From: Squalus acanthias
Taxonomy: Eukaryota
Direction: 5' to 3'
DNA length: 64,000 bases
Assembly (NCBI GenBank): GCA_030390025.1
Contig: CM059446.1
Coordinates: forward strand, 42,532,001 to 42,596,000
Below are positions 26,501 to 40,919 of the stretch, piece by piece. The notes below the pieces were generated by a model. The model ran no database searches and was not told the DNA's origin. It was given only the letters and a program-made list of their open reading frames with translations. The position numbers were made by a program, and so were the translations under genes. Every line of letters begins with the position of its first letter. The stretch's first letter is position 1.

Positions 26501-26929
26501 GCCAACTCTCAATGTTGGACCAGTTTTTAATTTGTCTGCTGTTGCCATACTGTTGTTTGCTGATGACGTGGGTTTGGGAGATGCACCAGTGTTAGGTGGG
26601 AGAGATATTGTCGTCATCTTCACCATATTCAGGGAGCTAGCGTGGGATGTTCCAGAAACAACAGTTTTTATTGGGCTACCGGCCAAGAGTACTGTAGTTG
26701 GAGAGCTAAGAGTAAGTGTGCTGGTTGAGGCTGGTTTAGGCAAGATTTGATGGTAGCGAGGTCTTGAGCGATCATTGTGTGGACTGGCAGGGACATTCTG
26801 GACAGTCTTCTGTTGCTGCTTGACTGACTGCATGTGTTGAGCAACAACCTGAACGTTCAAAGGAAGAACCTTGCTTTCTGATGGACCTAACGGACTTGGT
26901 GATGTCATCATCTGCCTGCTTCTTTGCAT
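23561..26929 (-). CDS. RFX7: RFX7 terminal coding exon (exon 10), 1122 aa; the ORF-track Met is internal
   Basis: Acceptor TTTTTCAG at 26937-26930. Encodes [11 protein letters not shown] repeat, [28 protein letters not shown] and the C-terminus [12 protein letters not shown], all characteristic of RFX7. TAA at 23563-23561. Confidence 0.97.
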   Translation of the reverse strand: MQRSRQMMTSPSPLGPSESKVLPLNVQVVAQHMQSVKQQQKTVQNVPASPHNDRSRPRYHQILPKPASTSTLTLSSPTTVLLAGSPIKTVVSGTSHASSLNMVKMTTISLPPNTGASPKPTSSANNSMATADKLKTGPTLRVGATSCLPAGGSRTSSATTTPTAEVIKSEHEAISSDEKQTLCQDHSSRLKDPRRTVGSSPCGQKSNSEASTKVKISNGKTANEKTAKVCNGQKTEGKKTKNEGKFVHSENLAFSIVGNNQNAFSISSASNFTSTSINSKSITDTARSHKDNGMCPKSPRKRSPSNSAFEPQVPPVKKAMLLEHTSGSAEHQKACQGTAVMTSPKPSAALLVKSENTPAMIQAPSTVTVKLNTTGITRILANPSSDIQIVTLDCLQTAAEQTSTFRENKTTDLEMGSFSLQGNTSTKLIANHTDIQHIKKNHQCFLTDTERQQVINANMIGNSGTIDFQVSAWEPVQCNGLDQQSYDQQMQAQNQLQGSTSVQLQGLNQAQSSNQLPLQDNLMELTPSGSQTNENYFQFDEDLTQDSIVEELVLFEEQMSLNVGYGTGLGIPTHSHSTVGHGTLMSSHQAGQFYHPIHSSGTPTPTPTPTPTPTPNPTPTSEMIGSQTCSSPSSRMAQTTPVDSALGSSRHTPIGTPHSNCSSSVPPSPVECRNPFAFTPISSSMTYQDASVISSSPVKPMQRPMATHPDKTKIEWMNNGYNTGVSNSAVSSSGVGILPSYQELAEDHFRKPHAFAVPGQTMQSYHHNAMQLQSRHHDVQLGRLTPVSPVSHQGASMANGNKQEGFAVPAPLDNKGIHSLINNFRCRSVSPAVHRQRNLSGSTLGPVINLPRTSLASFGSPVTPEVHNTFVNNLSNNSANSMAQRSQSVPLSVMMQTPFPSYQKQTNTKKITNVLLSKLDSDSDDAVRGLGINNLPSNYTARMNLTQILETTSSFGSANQQPMINSSSSVFEFQKPSYLTKHINNDQMGYISEDNQAQTETREQSLDFNNTVKDFLAEDSLQPNQQVVGQVPSDLNNVASDFSSDLRLSSDLSGSINDLSTLDTNLLFDPSKQQGQDVDTTLEELNDDAVFQQICNESMNSMQSSGFDWMESKDHPTVEMLG

Positions 26930-27562
26930 CTGAAAAATTCAACGTAAAAGGCCTATAAAAATTATATTTAAACATAAGAACGAACAAACTCCTCAGAGTG
27001 AAGCAAGTGTTTTTTCTTGCACTTCACATCAAATGTAAACAGAAGACTGAACTCCCAACAGTTTTGCCATATATTACTTTCCTGTAATGTATGGCAGGTA
27101 ATGAATTACAGTAAATAGGATAAACGCATTCAATGGAACTACGGTAAAAGTATTCTATTCTTATTTACAGAGCTAGTTTCAAAATTAAAATTACTGTACC
27201 CTCAGTTATTGAAAATATCTCAGTTAATTACATGAACTGAATTCCATGTGTGCCACCAACAATCTTTTTCCCCCATTTTAATTTTCTCCGTAATTCATAC
27301 ACAAGTTTCTGCAGTGTATCATATTCAACCACTTTTTGGTAGTTTTACTGATAATATTGATATTGAATTGAAACATTAGAAATAGCTTTTATCTTGTGTC
27401 GTGGAGAATTTGGGGGGGGGGGGGGGGGGGGGGGGGGCGGGAGTGCAATGCCCTGCATCACAGAATGATACAGATATGGTTGTTAGTCATGAATTTCCTG
27501 CCGAATTCGTAGTAATACTGGGGCAATAGGAGGTGTACATAACAAAAGGCCAACCATTTATC

Positions 27563-27757
27563 CATGATGTGGAGATGCCGGTGTTGGACTGGGGTGGACA
27601 AATGTGAGAAGTCGCACAACACCAGGTTATAGTCCAACAGCTTTATTTGAAATCACAAGCTTTCGAAGTCACCTGACGAAGGAGCAGCGCTCCGAAAGCT
27701 TGTGATTTCAAATAAAGCTGTTGGACTATAACCTGGTGTTGTGCGACTTCTCACATT
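27563..27757. mobile_element. Penelope-like fold-back insertion (family A, copy 3)
   Basis: TSD caaccatttatc at 27551-27562 and 27758-27769. Inverted arms; hammerhead motif at 27669-27705 (+). The minus arm is truncated inside the motif. Confidence 0.85.
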
Positions 27758-27989
27758 CAACCATTTATCAACAGAGTGCACCACCTTCCCTCTCCCCTAC
27801 AGCATGCCTGCAAGCAATCAACTAGACTCGGATCGGAAGAGGCCTAGGAACAAGCCAAAAAATAACAAGGAAATAAAAACAAAAATTGGAAATTAAAAGA
27901 AATATTGTATTTTTTTTCCTACTTCAAGACACTGTTAAATATTCATATTTGCTGGTGGCACTAGTAGTATTTGTTAACAAAATAAAAGA

Positions 27990-28380
27990 AAGTACTTGCA
28001 TTTATAGAACATCTTTCAAGACCGTCCCAAAGCATTTTACAGCCAATTAAGTACTTTGGAAGTGTTTGCGCACAGCAAGGTCTCACAAACAGCAAAAGCT
28101 AATAACCAGATAATCTATTTTAGTGATGTTAGTTGAGGGATAAATATTGGTCAGGACACTGGGGAGAAATACCCAGCTCTTCTTCGAATCGTGCCATGAG
28201 ATCTTTTACGTCCACCCGAGGGGGCAGTTGGGCCCTTGGTTTAATGTCTCATCCGAAAGGCAGCACCTCAGACAGTGCTGTAGTGTCAACCTAGATTAAG
28301 TGCAAGTCTATGGAGTGGGACTTCAACCCACAACCTTCCAACTCAGAGGTAAGAGTACTACCACTAAACCAAGGCTAACA
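27990..28380 (-). mobile_element. tRNA-derived DeuSINE-like SINE
   Basis: Homologous to 61795-62175, with minus-strand A/B-box-like head TGGTTTAGTGG...GGGTTGAAG. Confidence 0.65.
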
Positions 28381-29665
28381 CTTAATAGCCCTGTGAAATT
28401 TTAAACGGGAGACAGAGAAAACGGAGGTAGCTTGAATGAGTATTATAGTCCCCTTCTTCATTTGTAAAAATCTCCATCAGAAGTAAAAAAAATTTTTCCA
28501 AATTAGTTTGTTTGATATATCAGGACCTCTGATACGATATACTTTTCACAAATTTTCTACTCTTCTCCCTGAAAGTGGTGATTTGTGCTGGGATTATTCC
28601 TCATGAACATCAGCAGGCCTATGATGTCTTGACCAGATCCAGCCAATGAGTGTTGACATGCTGCATGACCACAGAAAGCATCACAGCTGATCCCAATGCT
28701 GCCTTCACCAAACATCCACACATGTATTTTCCAGCAGGATTGCAATCAGAAGCTGGAATCCTAACTGAGTCTTCCTCCCTGAAGAAGTCAAAAGCATTGT
28801 CACCCATGTTGATATCAGGTAACTTCTCACAGGCCAAGGATTGAGTCTGGAGCCTTCCTGATCTGTACAACTCAGAACCACATTATATACTGCAATTACC
28901 CCCACAGACATCAGGCATTCATATATTTTTATGGCTTCTTTGCTGGTAGAAAGTCATTCTGAAACAATCTCTTTCTAATGTATACTTTGTGGCTTTATAT
29001 AGGGTGGATTTATGGTATTTAAGTTTGGAGGGAAAATATCCTTTCAGGCACTGTATAAATACATAATGAGTAACAATGGAATGCTAGGCCTAGTCCACAA
29101 GAGAGGAAGACTCAACATCTTGTGTGCCCTTGTATTAAAATATTACATGCACACACTTAGATAAACAAGCAGAGTGGAGAATCCCCATTTTTCCCCCTTT
29201 TTTGGTTCCCCCAGTGGTTTAACACATCACTATACTGGGAGAGGAGGAAAGTGGGGAACAAGAAGTGTAATCACCATCAACACTATTCCGTTAGGAAAGC
29301 ACCAACGGTGTAATTCTATGGGGTAGGCCAAAATATGGTAGGTCTCTGAAGTGAAATACTTTGTTGTTTATCACTACTCATCATATGAACCAGCCATTTA
29401 AGCAGGGAAACTATGAAAATTAAGGCAATTTGAATGCAACTTAGGGCTTGCAACTGGAAGTACAGTGCTAGAGCAATTAAACCACCAATTACCACCAGTA
29501 AGTGCTACATACCTAAACTATGTAACTTTGCCAATGAAAACTGACAAGTAATTCACAGCCCAGATAATGCATTTTTATTCTGGATTTCTGACTTTTTTCC
29601 CCCACAGCCCTCGTTTTGCTATTCCTTGACTATTCGGTCTTAATATTGAACCGTGAATAACCTAC

Positions 29666-29970
29666 TTGGATAGGACTGGGAACGGTTGCCACCACAATGC
29701 CAATGGTAGGTTGAGGAGAAAGCAGAGCAGGGCTTCCATTGGGGATGTTGGCCACTCCCCCAACAGTGGCACCTTCTAGTTTCTTCACTTGTTGCTCGCC
29801 TGGTAGTGGAGATTGCAGTTTCTGCTCTTGTTGTTTCTTCAGTGTATTTTGTTGAATTTTACGCTGCAACTGTTGCTTGGCATCTATTGATGGGGAAAGC
29901 AGAGTCTTCACCTGGGGCTGAAAGGAATTGCTTTCAGCCATGGGCACAAAAGCAGAAGGTTGTTTCACTC
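29666..29970 (-). CDS. RFX7: RFX7 exon 9 (305 bp)
   Basis: CAG acceptor 29973-29971, GTAGGT donor 29665-29660. Encodes [23 protein letters not shown]...[10 protein letters not shown]...VPSPIQ. Phase is consistent with its neighbours. Confidence 0.95.
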
Positions 29971-30974
29971 CTGCAAGAAAGAAAATTATATCAACTTCTG
30001 AAAAAGATGCACACAGATAACAACAGATGCTTAGTAGGTCATTTAAACACAAGAACCACTAACAATTGTGGGAATGTGCAGCTTTGAAATGTGCAATTTC
30101 TGATTTTGTTAGCTATGTTTTTCATAAAGAGCAATTTCACCCACTTCGTGCCTTTGGCTTGGTTTGTTTGTTCTCTAACACTAATGGAAACCTGCATAAT
30201 GATTATGGAAAGCAATGATGCTGCTTCCACCAATTCCTTTGAGCATATTAGGCTCATATACATCTCCATTTTATTCTGCAACTTGTTGTAGAAACAGCAG
30301 CTCCATGAGCCCTACACAACTAAAAGGAATTCTACTTATCTATTTTTCCAAGCCATTAGTCAGGAAATACAGAAGAGCAGCATTGGTTTCTGCATATTCA
30401 TTTTCATAAATAACATTTAACCTATACTCAGGACGTTCAGCCGTGCTTGTGTGGTGTCTGTTGCAGTTACTAGTTGTTTCTTGCATGTGGACTGTTTCAG
30501 TGACAAAGCTTTCAGGTGTAATTTGGTTCTTCAAATTATTTTTATATGCCATAAGAAATAACAACTTGTCCCTTTAGTTTTTTTAATGCTCAATAAGGAT
30601 GTCAATGCCGGGAATGGAGCACTTTCCAGTTTTTGCATCAAGCACGTCCAGGTATAGTATAGACCAGATGCAGAGCTCTTGCCTAAATGAGGCTAAACAG
30701 CGTAAGGTAAGCAATGAGGTCTCAACACCCTGTTCTATATAGCAGGATATCTCCATTTTTTGGAAAAAAAAGAATGTTGGCAAAATGGAATATATTACAG
30801 CAACTCAAACAATAAATGGACAAGTACTGGTTTGTTAAACTCTTATTCAGTAAACTAAAGCAGGTTATGATTAATTAATATTTTTGACAAAAATCAAAAG
30901 GAACAGAAAGTGTCAGAGAGGGGTACTTTCAGTACTCCCTCATTTTAAACTTGTAAAAACATCAATGTTCTTAC

Positions 30975-31033
30975 CTACAGGGAGGCTTTCTCCCTGCTAA
31001 GCTATGCCGTGATGAACGATGGGCAATCACCCA
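30975..31033 (-). other. Candidate 59-nt cassette (poison) exon in RFX7 intron 8
   Basis: TCTTTATTTTCAG acceptor and AG|GTAAGA donor. In-frame TAG at 31004-31002 when joined to exon 8. Confidence 0.35.
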
Positions 31034-31215
31034 CTGAAAATAAAGATTTTCATGGCTGTGCCTCTCCAGATCAGCTCTCAGGCTGGCCTGAAGTTGTAGC
31101 CCTGGGTGTTTTCAATAAAGCCACTCTAATGCACAGGGCAGTGACTACCCACTGGTGATGTCACAGAGCAGCCGAGTAGTGATGGAGACCCGACGAGACA
31201 AGTCTCTCTGGAGGT

Positions 31216-32612
31216 TAGAAATCATAGAATGGTTACAGCATGGAAGGCGGCCATTCGGCCTGTTGAGCCCGTGCCAGCTCTCTGCAAGAGCACTTCAGCT
31301 AGTCCCACTCCCCCACCCTTTCCCCATAGCCCTGCAAATTTTGTTCCTTCAGATACTTATCCAACTCCCTTTTGAAAGCAGTGATTGAATCTGCCTCCAC
31401 CACCCTTTCAGGCAGTGCATTCCAGATCTTAACCAGTCGCTGTGTTACGTCGCCTTTGGTTCTTTTGCCAATCATCTTAAATCTGTGTCCTCCGGTTCTC
31501 GACCCTTCTGCCAATGGGAACAGTTTCTCTCTATCTACTCTGTCCAGACCCCTCATGATTTTGAACACCTCTATCAAATCTCCTCTCAATCTTCTCTGCT
31601 CCAAGGAGAACCACCCCAGCTTCTCCAGTCTATCAATGTAAATGAAGCCTCTCCTGGAATCATTCTCGTAAATCTTTTCTGTACCCTCTCTAAGACCTTC
31701 ACATCCTTCCTAAAGTGTGGTGTCCAGAATTGAACACAGTACTCCAGTTGGGGCCGAACCAGTGTTTCATACAGGTTCATCATAATTTCCACACTTTTGT
31801 ACTCTATACCTCTATTCATGAAGCCCAGGATCCCGTAAGCCTTTTTAACTGCTTTCTCAACCTGCCCTGCCACCTTCAACGATTTGTGCACACATACCCC
31901 CAGGTCTCAGTTCGTGCACCCCCTTTAGGATTATACAATTTAGTTTATATGTCCTCTCCTCATTCTTTCGACCAAAATGTATCACTTCACACTTTTCTGT
32001 GTTAAATTTCATCTGCCACGTGTCCACCCATTTCCCCAGCCTGTCTATGTCTTCCTGAAGTCTATCACTCTCCTCCTCACTGTTTACTATACTTCCAGGT
32101 TTTGGGTCATCTGCAAATTTTGAAATTGTGCCCTGTACACCCGCATCCAAGTCATTAATATACATCAAGAAAAGCAGTGGTCCTGGAACCTACCCCGGGG
32201 AAACACCACTGTATACCTTCCTCCAGTCCGAAAAACAACTGTTCACCACTACTCTGTTTCCTATCACTTAGCCAATTCCGTATTCATGCTGCCACTGTCC
32301 CTTTTATTCCATGGGCTTCAACTTTGCAGGCAAGCCTATTATGTGGCACTTAGTCGAACGCCTTTTGGAAATTCATGTACACTACGTCAACTGCATTACC
32401 CTCTCTGTTACCTCATCAAAGAACGCAATCAAGTTAGTTAAACACGATTTGTCTTAAGGAAAGCCAGCATGGATTTGTTAAAAGTAATCCACACTCATCC
32501 AAGTGACTGTCAATTTTGTCCTGGATTACTGTTTCTAAAAGCTTCCCCACTACCGGAGGTCAAACTGACTGGCCTGTAGTTACTGGGTTTATCTTTACAC
32601 CCTTTTTTGAAC
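31216..32612 (-). mobile_element. CR1 LINE, 5'-truncated
   Basis: Encodes YINDLDAGVQGTISKFADD, LVRPQLEYCVQFW and RRLRGDLIEVFKI, with a 3' UTR tail. Confidence 0.9.
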
Positions 32613-34920
32613 AACTTTTTTGAAAATTGGCAGTAAGAAAAAACTATCAGACAGATTTCAGGAATTTTGATAATCTAATTGTAGTGGATTTCTCATGGCA
32701 TTGCTCACAATAAATCAGAGCACACCATTTTATAATGGCAGATGTGTTATATTGTGTATTACACAATATATTACATAATGAACGCAGTGTTTATGTCTTC
32801 AAAACCATTTCCTAATAGGTGTAAAGAGGTTGTCTTGAGGAAAGTTCTTGGCTACCAAGATCAAAATGAGTTGAACCTAAACTGTTTCTTTCAAGCAACA
32901 AATGGTAACTTGAGCAGAAACCAGATCTACCTGCTCAGCTCTCCCTGTAGGAAGTGCTTTATAAATAGGCAAGAGGATAATTACTGTTGCCAAGAAGTTT
33001 GTTTGTAGATTAGCACCAGCTTGTAAATCCGTAATTCCGCCACCTGGGGACAGGCCAGGTTAGCAAGGTCAGAAGAAACCAGTAGAAATGACTGGGTTTT
33101 TTCTCCTTTTCTTTTGTAGCACTTTTTGAGATTGTTCAGTTGTGATTTGTTGCCGTGTGACAATTCCAGGTGTGATGGAAGTGCCGGGTGCAAGACTGCT
33201 ATTGTATGTGCAAATAGCTGTGGGTTTCTTGTGGAGTCACTCTTGGTAAATCAGATAGTATGCTGTTTAGAGGTGAAAGGTTAATGTTTAAGTACATAGT
33301 GTTTTTAAGACACGCAGCCTGATGCACCGATGGTTTCCAGGATGTCTACTTTCACAAGTAACCGGTGATAAAACAAAATTCCAAAATTAATAGTTATTGA
33401 GGCATTTATGCATCACTTCTTTCAAAACACATGAATAGTCCAACTCACCCTCATTTTTGAAAATAATTCAGTGCCGAATAAGAAAATACGTAGGAGTTAA
33501 TATGTGACAATTTAAAATTTGTGGACGGAAGATTGATGGTACAGAGCATAAAACATTAGTAAGGCTATACAATGTTTTATGCTATGTAGCATGCAATCTA
33601 GCATCAGGGTCAATAATTTACAGCAATTAAGTTAAATTCTGTTTTTTATTAGAGGATTGTAGGAGCTTGTGTATTTTTTAGCTTAAATTCTATGATTATG
33701 TGTATTTTACATGGAAACTGCAAATCAGTCACCTTGATTACTATTCAAAAAGTCTGTTCAACTATGTAGTTAATTTTATCATTTACTTTCTGTGAAGCCT
33801 AGATTACAGAGGAAAATGATAGCGAAGATGTTCCAGGTTGGGAGGAAGGAGGCTGTCGGAACTGCATGTAGTAGTGGTGGAGAGCTGGGGTGTCTTGTGG
33901 ATTGGGTGTTTTGAGAGGGTAGCAAGATGGTTGGAGACTTGTGTGTGGGAAGGACACGAGGGGGAGGGGGGGGAGGTTTGCAGGATGTCGAAGCACTGGG
34001 AGAGGCTGTTATAGTTTTTGGAGCATTCGGTAGGGTGTACCAAGGTCTTCTAGGCGTGATAGGGTATGCCAACACAGGGGAGAGGTCTGAAATGTCGGAA
34101 CTCTGGGAGGGGGTTGTGGAACTCTGACCAAAGTATGGTGATAGCAGCTTTCTCAGGCTGTAGTCAGTGTGGAAAAGATATAGGCATTCAGCATAAGCAT
34201 GCAAAAGATTACAGTAGGGAGTTCAGGAATTAAGGTATAGGTGCTCAGGGTTGAACGGGTCTTAGAGGAAGATGGTCATTGGGTCCTGGGGGAGAGGGGT
34301 AACTAGATGTTTTTTCTTGAGATTCCCGAGCACTGAATTCAAGATACCTATATTATTTAAATTACAGCTCAATTTTTAAAAATAATACACATTTCCCCAC
34401 TATCGAAGAACCTGTTAAAACAAATCCTCCCCCCGCCCCCTCAGATGCAACTGGCCAACCCCACTTCCTCACACCAACCAGATCCTGAGAAAATCTCTAG
34501 GTTGGATGTCGGGAAAGGGAAGGGATCTCCCAAGTATTTCCCCAACAATGGGGGCTTGAGGTCCAGTTGGAGATTTGGGGGGAGGGGGGGGGGGAGCAGG
34601 ATCAGGGAGCTAATTTAGGCACTGTACTTAAAACCCTCGACATGAATGGTAAATACCAATCCAATTTTACAATGGCCCGGATCTTGCGTTAATAATAATG
34701 GTGAGGCTAACATCCGGTCTCATACCGATACAGATTACATACCTGAATTTCATATCCAATATTTCTTACAACATTTAATGTTTATCTACTTGACAACCTG
34801 TTGGCAAAGCTCATACTTTAACCACCTGACCATGTCAACTGATAAAAAGCAGCAGCGTAGTCTTGAGTAAATTAAATGGAGACAGGCTGGGGGAACATTC
34901 CAAGGAATACAGTTACTCAC

Positions 34921-35128
34921 CTGAAGGCGCACCAGCCATCACAGACAATGCAGCAACAGACTTGGTGCCAATATAGTGACTGGTAACAAGGAAACGAGCT
35001 AGATCGACCACTGAATCAAATTTTCGGATTAATACTTTCTGGGCCCACTCACACACCAGACTGCAAGCCGCAGATCTGACCTCTTCATCAATACTGTGCA
35101 GCTGGCCTGCACAGTCTGATCCTTCAGA
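34921..35128 (-). CDS. RFX7: RFX7 exon 8 (208 bp)
   Basis: TAG acceptor 35131-35129, GTGAGT donor 34920-34915. Encodes [57 protein letters not shown]. Confidence 0.95.
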
Positions 35129-36810
35129 CTAGAAAGCAATATAACCAAACATTAGACTATAAATATTGCTATAGTAAAAATACACTTAAAAAAAGACAAA
35201 CGAAGCTAAAATTCTCAAATTAAGCAAAATTAGCAATTCAACAGGCTACAGTTTGTTACTTTCTACCACAAAACCACTTGAGATTGGTCCAATTCAGTGA
35301 TGGGAATTAATTGTTGAAGCAATTTAAAAAATAAAAGTAAAATTGAGGGCATTTTTCACTCAGTAATACAAAATCCAATGGTTGGAGCACCACAAATATA
35401 ATCGGCTTTAAAGCAAACAAGTCAAATGTTAATTTATGCAAAAATAACAATATTCCCTTCAATACAACACAACTTATATTTGACCCTGGGACAGTCATAC
35501 CCCAACTCCAGCGGCTTTGAAGGTAAATTAGCAACACAGACTATGGCAGTTACTTATTGAAGACATGCAATTTTGAATAATATAAATAAGTATTTGACAT
35601 AGAATAAAGTTTGACTCCATAAAAGTCTCCCATCAAGTAGAGAATATTTACTTAAAAAATGCAAAATTAAACATTTCATAATTCTTCCCAAATATATTTG
35701 CATACAAATTTCAATTTGCAGACAAACAAGTTCAACCATTTGATTTTTCTGATTCTATTCCAAATTTAAGTAGGAAAGAAACTAGCCATAAGCTGGCAGG
35801 TAGGTAACAGAACCAGGATTGGGAACAGGACAGTTAGGAGAGAGGGTGCAAGATCAGCTCTGGCTGCAAGATGATAATAACTTAGAAATCCCTTTGGAAG
35901 CCATACAACTGCACCAAAAGGCAATTTGGGTGAGGGAGGAGAGAAAGGTGGTACATCTGTAAAGATTACTCAGAAGTTTATATAAGCATCTTCTTTTTAA
36001 GACGGTCAATATACAAATCAACACATTTATAGTATTAACATAACTAGGTCAGGCAATTAAAGAGAGAGTTGTTTTCTGTAGACTGTGCAATGTTTCATGG
36101 AAATTCAATACTGTAAAGGCTAAATTACCACCACCGATTTCCCTGAACTAGTAAGATCAGAGAGGCAATATAACAAACTAGATTGAAGACAAATAACATG
36201 ACAGTCAAAATGATATAGATACAAATCAAATATGGAGCTATTCCCTGTCCAGTAACTTCATGTTTTGAAAATCCTTTGACACCAAAGTTTTAAAAATTCC
36301 AAGGTAGCTGAAACCCCATTTAAGTTCAGAGTTTGGTCTATATCCTATTTGAGAAACAGCCTTGTTTATACTGCAAAGCAGTTTAATCAATAGGATGGAA
36401 ACGAAATGTTGGCAGTCGAAGAAAAAATGGTCACTACTAGCCAATAAGTAAACTATGTGAGTTTGAGCCTATATGCCAAGGACAACACCAAGTCCAGATG
36501 TGCATCCTACCCTGTAAGCAAGGGGTCAGTCATCAATGGTTTCTCTCTCATGACATTGCCCACCTCTTGGTTAATTTACTGCCCTGGGTACAGTGTCTGT
36601 TATGCATCATTGTGCAAATAGTTTTAATTGCACTGGTCTCCTGAATAGACTTGCTTTCTGTACCATGAAATTGGTTGCAAACAGTTGCCCCAGATTTCAC
36701 AAGCAGCATCAAGCCTAAGCAGCATCAAGCCTTAATTTCAGTCCTTCTAGGAAATGAACATCTGAACTTCACAGTCCTCAAACAGTGGTATTGCAGCTAT
36801 AATCAAAGTA

Positions 36811-37377
36811 CAGGAAACTCTTTGGTATCCGGCACCGACGGGACCGGCGTGGTGCCGGTTGATCGAAAGTTCCGGATAACAGAGAGTTATATCTACCGAG
36901 GCTATTTTTAACAAAGAAAAATAAAAAAAATCAAGAAATGTGCAGTATACAGTATTTGGGTACTCACCTACAGAATGTTGTGTTAAATGGATGGTGGAAG
37001 ATGCTTGATTAAGTACAGTACTGCCAGTTGAGAGTAATCCATAACTCTTTAATTACTTAACAGTAAGTGAGACTCCCGGCAGCGCGGGAGAATCAACTCC
37101 TGCTACTGCAGTGTTTCGGACTCCTGACAGCGCCAGGAGGCCGAGTAGTGGCACTTTTGAAAACTACCCCTACTGACTAAATCGGCGTTCGGGGACTCGG
37201 GATCGGCAACATTGCCGGTTATTTGAGAGGAGTTTTCGGAGTACTCAGCGTTCGCGGAGACTCGGACTGCGACTCGGCAACATTGCCGGTTATTTGAGAG
37301 GCGTTTTCGGAGGATGATTTTTGCCGGTTAAGCGAGAATTCCGGATATTTGGGTGCCGGATAAACAAGAGTTTCCTG
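36811..37377. mobile_element. Tigger-like MITE
   Basis: TA|CAGGAAACTCTT ... AAGAGTTTCCTG|TA, with an internal direct repeat (tcggcaacattgccggttatttgagag x2). Confidence 0.85.
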
Positions 37378-38187
37378 TAGTGTTAAACTGGTTTCAATGA
37401 AAAATAGGTCCTGCACTAGCTGTGGCTGGGATTTGTCTTGATTTGCAAGGAAAGCCCAGTCTCAAAACAAGCTGACCAGCTGTCTGTGCAGAGTTCTGAG
37501 GAATTCTGATGAAGTCACCCAAGGCACAGGCATGATGGGCCGAATGGCCTCCTTCTGTGCTGTATGATTCTATGAAGGCTAATGTCGTTTTGAGAAGACC
37601 AATACGCTTTCTAAACTGGAAGCTAAGTAGGAGAAATTAAACAATAGACTTGTCTGGGTTGAGCCATAAATAATTTCTGTAAGATCTGGAATTCCAATAT
37701 GCAAGTCCTGGTCCTTGCAGTTCATGGTGAGCAGCTTGTCCCCTGAATGCATTCCTGCCCCACTGAGCTAACTATGGTATTGCTGATTTGAACTTTTTCT
37801 TCAAAATGAAGAAGCTCAAGACCTTTAAGTCCTCTAGGGCTTGATTTCTCCAGGTTCATCCTTGCTGGCCTCCCATTCTTCACCCAGCCAATTCATAACA
37901 CTACCACCTTTGGGCCATTACTGCAAGCAACCCCAAACTACATCCAATTCTCCTTCTGAACTGGAAGCATGTTTCACAGCGGTTTTGAAATTCAGATTTC
38001 TGGATAGATGATCAAGGAAGGCTTCATGGAAACCAAACAATCATAATCCTTTTTGCGGAGTTTGGAGCAGATTACATACTTCTGGAAACTGGGCTATGTC
38101 AGTAGACAATAAAATTATCATGAACATTGTTCATTCGGAAGGACCCATTAAGTTTTGATGCAGATCTTGAAATCTGAGCAAAGCTGA

Positions 38188-38254
38188 CTGAAATAGAAGA
38201 GTACTTGACCTGAAACAGAAGACTACTTGGCCTGAAACAGAAGACTACTTGGCC
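38188..38254. repeat. 22-bp tandem repeat x3 (CTGAAACAGAAGACTACTTGGC)
   Basis: Two perfect copies and one diverged copy, read directly. Confidence 0.85.
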
Positions 38255-38953
38255 AAATACGTGCCCACGTGAATGCAAGATAAATGTAACTCTGCCAAGA
38301 TCAAAGTATCCATTGTATTAGAGGTGGCATTTTGTTGAAAAAAATACTGGAAAACTTATTATATATGGTTATGTATGGATTGTTGCAATATTTGATAACA
38401 ACTTGCACTTCTATAGCATCAATGGAGGTTGGTTAGGACAGATAATGCAAGTGTGGGCCTTGGCAGAGTTCTGGACGAGTTGGAGTTTACGCAAGCTAGA
38501 GCTGAAGAGGTTGGCGAGAACAGATTTGGAGAAATCCAGGCATGGATGAGGATTCTGGCATTGGTGGATGAAGAAAGGGACGAGATAGACTATGTTAGAA
38601 AGGTGGAAGTTGGCAATTGTCCACAGACAACACTCATGGCTGTTGCCAATAATGGAAAAAAAAAGTTATGTGGGGGGGGGGGGAATAAGAGAGTCCACCT
38701 GACCAAGATAGTTGTGTAGGGTGTGAAACTCCTAAAGACAGAGTCCCCAAATGACTTCCCCTGTTGGACGAGGGAAGATTTATTTGCACATGGATGAAGA
38801 ACAAATGAACATTTATTGTAACTTTTATTCAGTATTGGAGAAGCTTCAATTCTGCTATGTGCAAATTTCTCCATTCTTTGCCATTACACTTAGCAATATT
38901 ATACAGTAGTTTATCTTCCCATTTTAATGGTCATGAGTATAGAAGATTATTAC

Positions 38954-39038
38954 CCCTTCTCCAGTTTTGTGAAAATCCAGACTTGGTAGAGACGGCATGT
39001 GAACAAAAGCCTTTTTCCTCAGACCACTATAGCAATAT
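38954..39038 (-). CDS. RFX7: RFX7 exon 7 (85 bp), end of the DNA-binding domain plus PxLPxL motif
   Basis: AC acceptor (39040-39039), GTAATA donor. Encodes (K)[28 protein letters not shown]. Confidence 0.95.

Positions 39039-40919
<1,881 letters not shown>

Noticed and set aside
23625-26750. Antisense and alternative-frame ORFs over the large exon
   Set aside because: Shadow ORFs of the RFX7 coding sequence.
28557-29030. Cys/His-containing short ORFs, possibly a decayed transposase
   Set aside because: No motif I can name with confidence; needs a translated profile search.
33779-34330. 141-aa Pro/Ser-rich ORF sense to RFX7 in intron 8
   Set aside because: Low complexity, no convincing splice-site pair, probably an old repeat relic.
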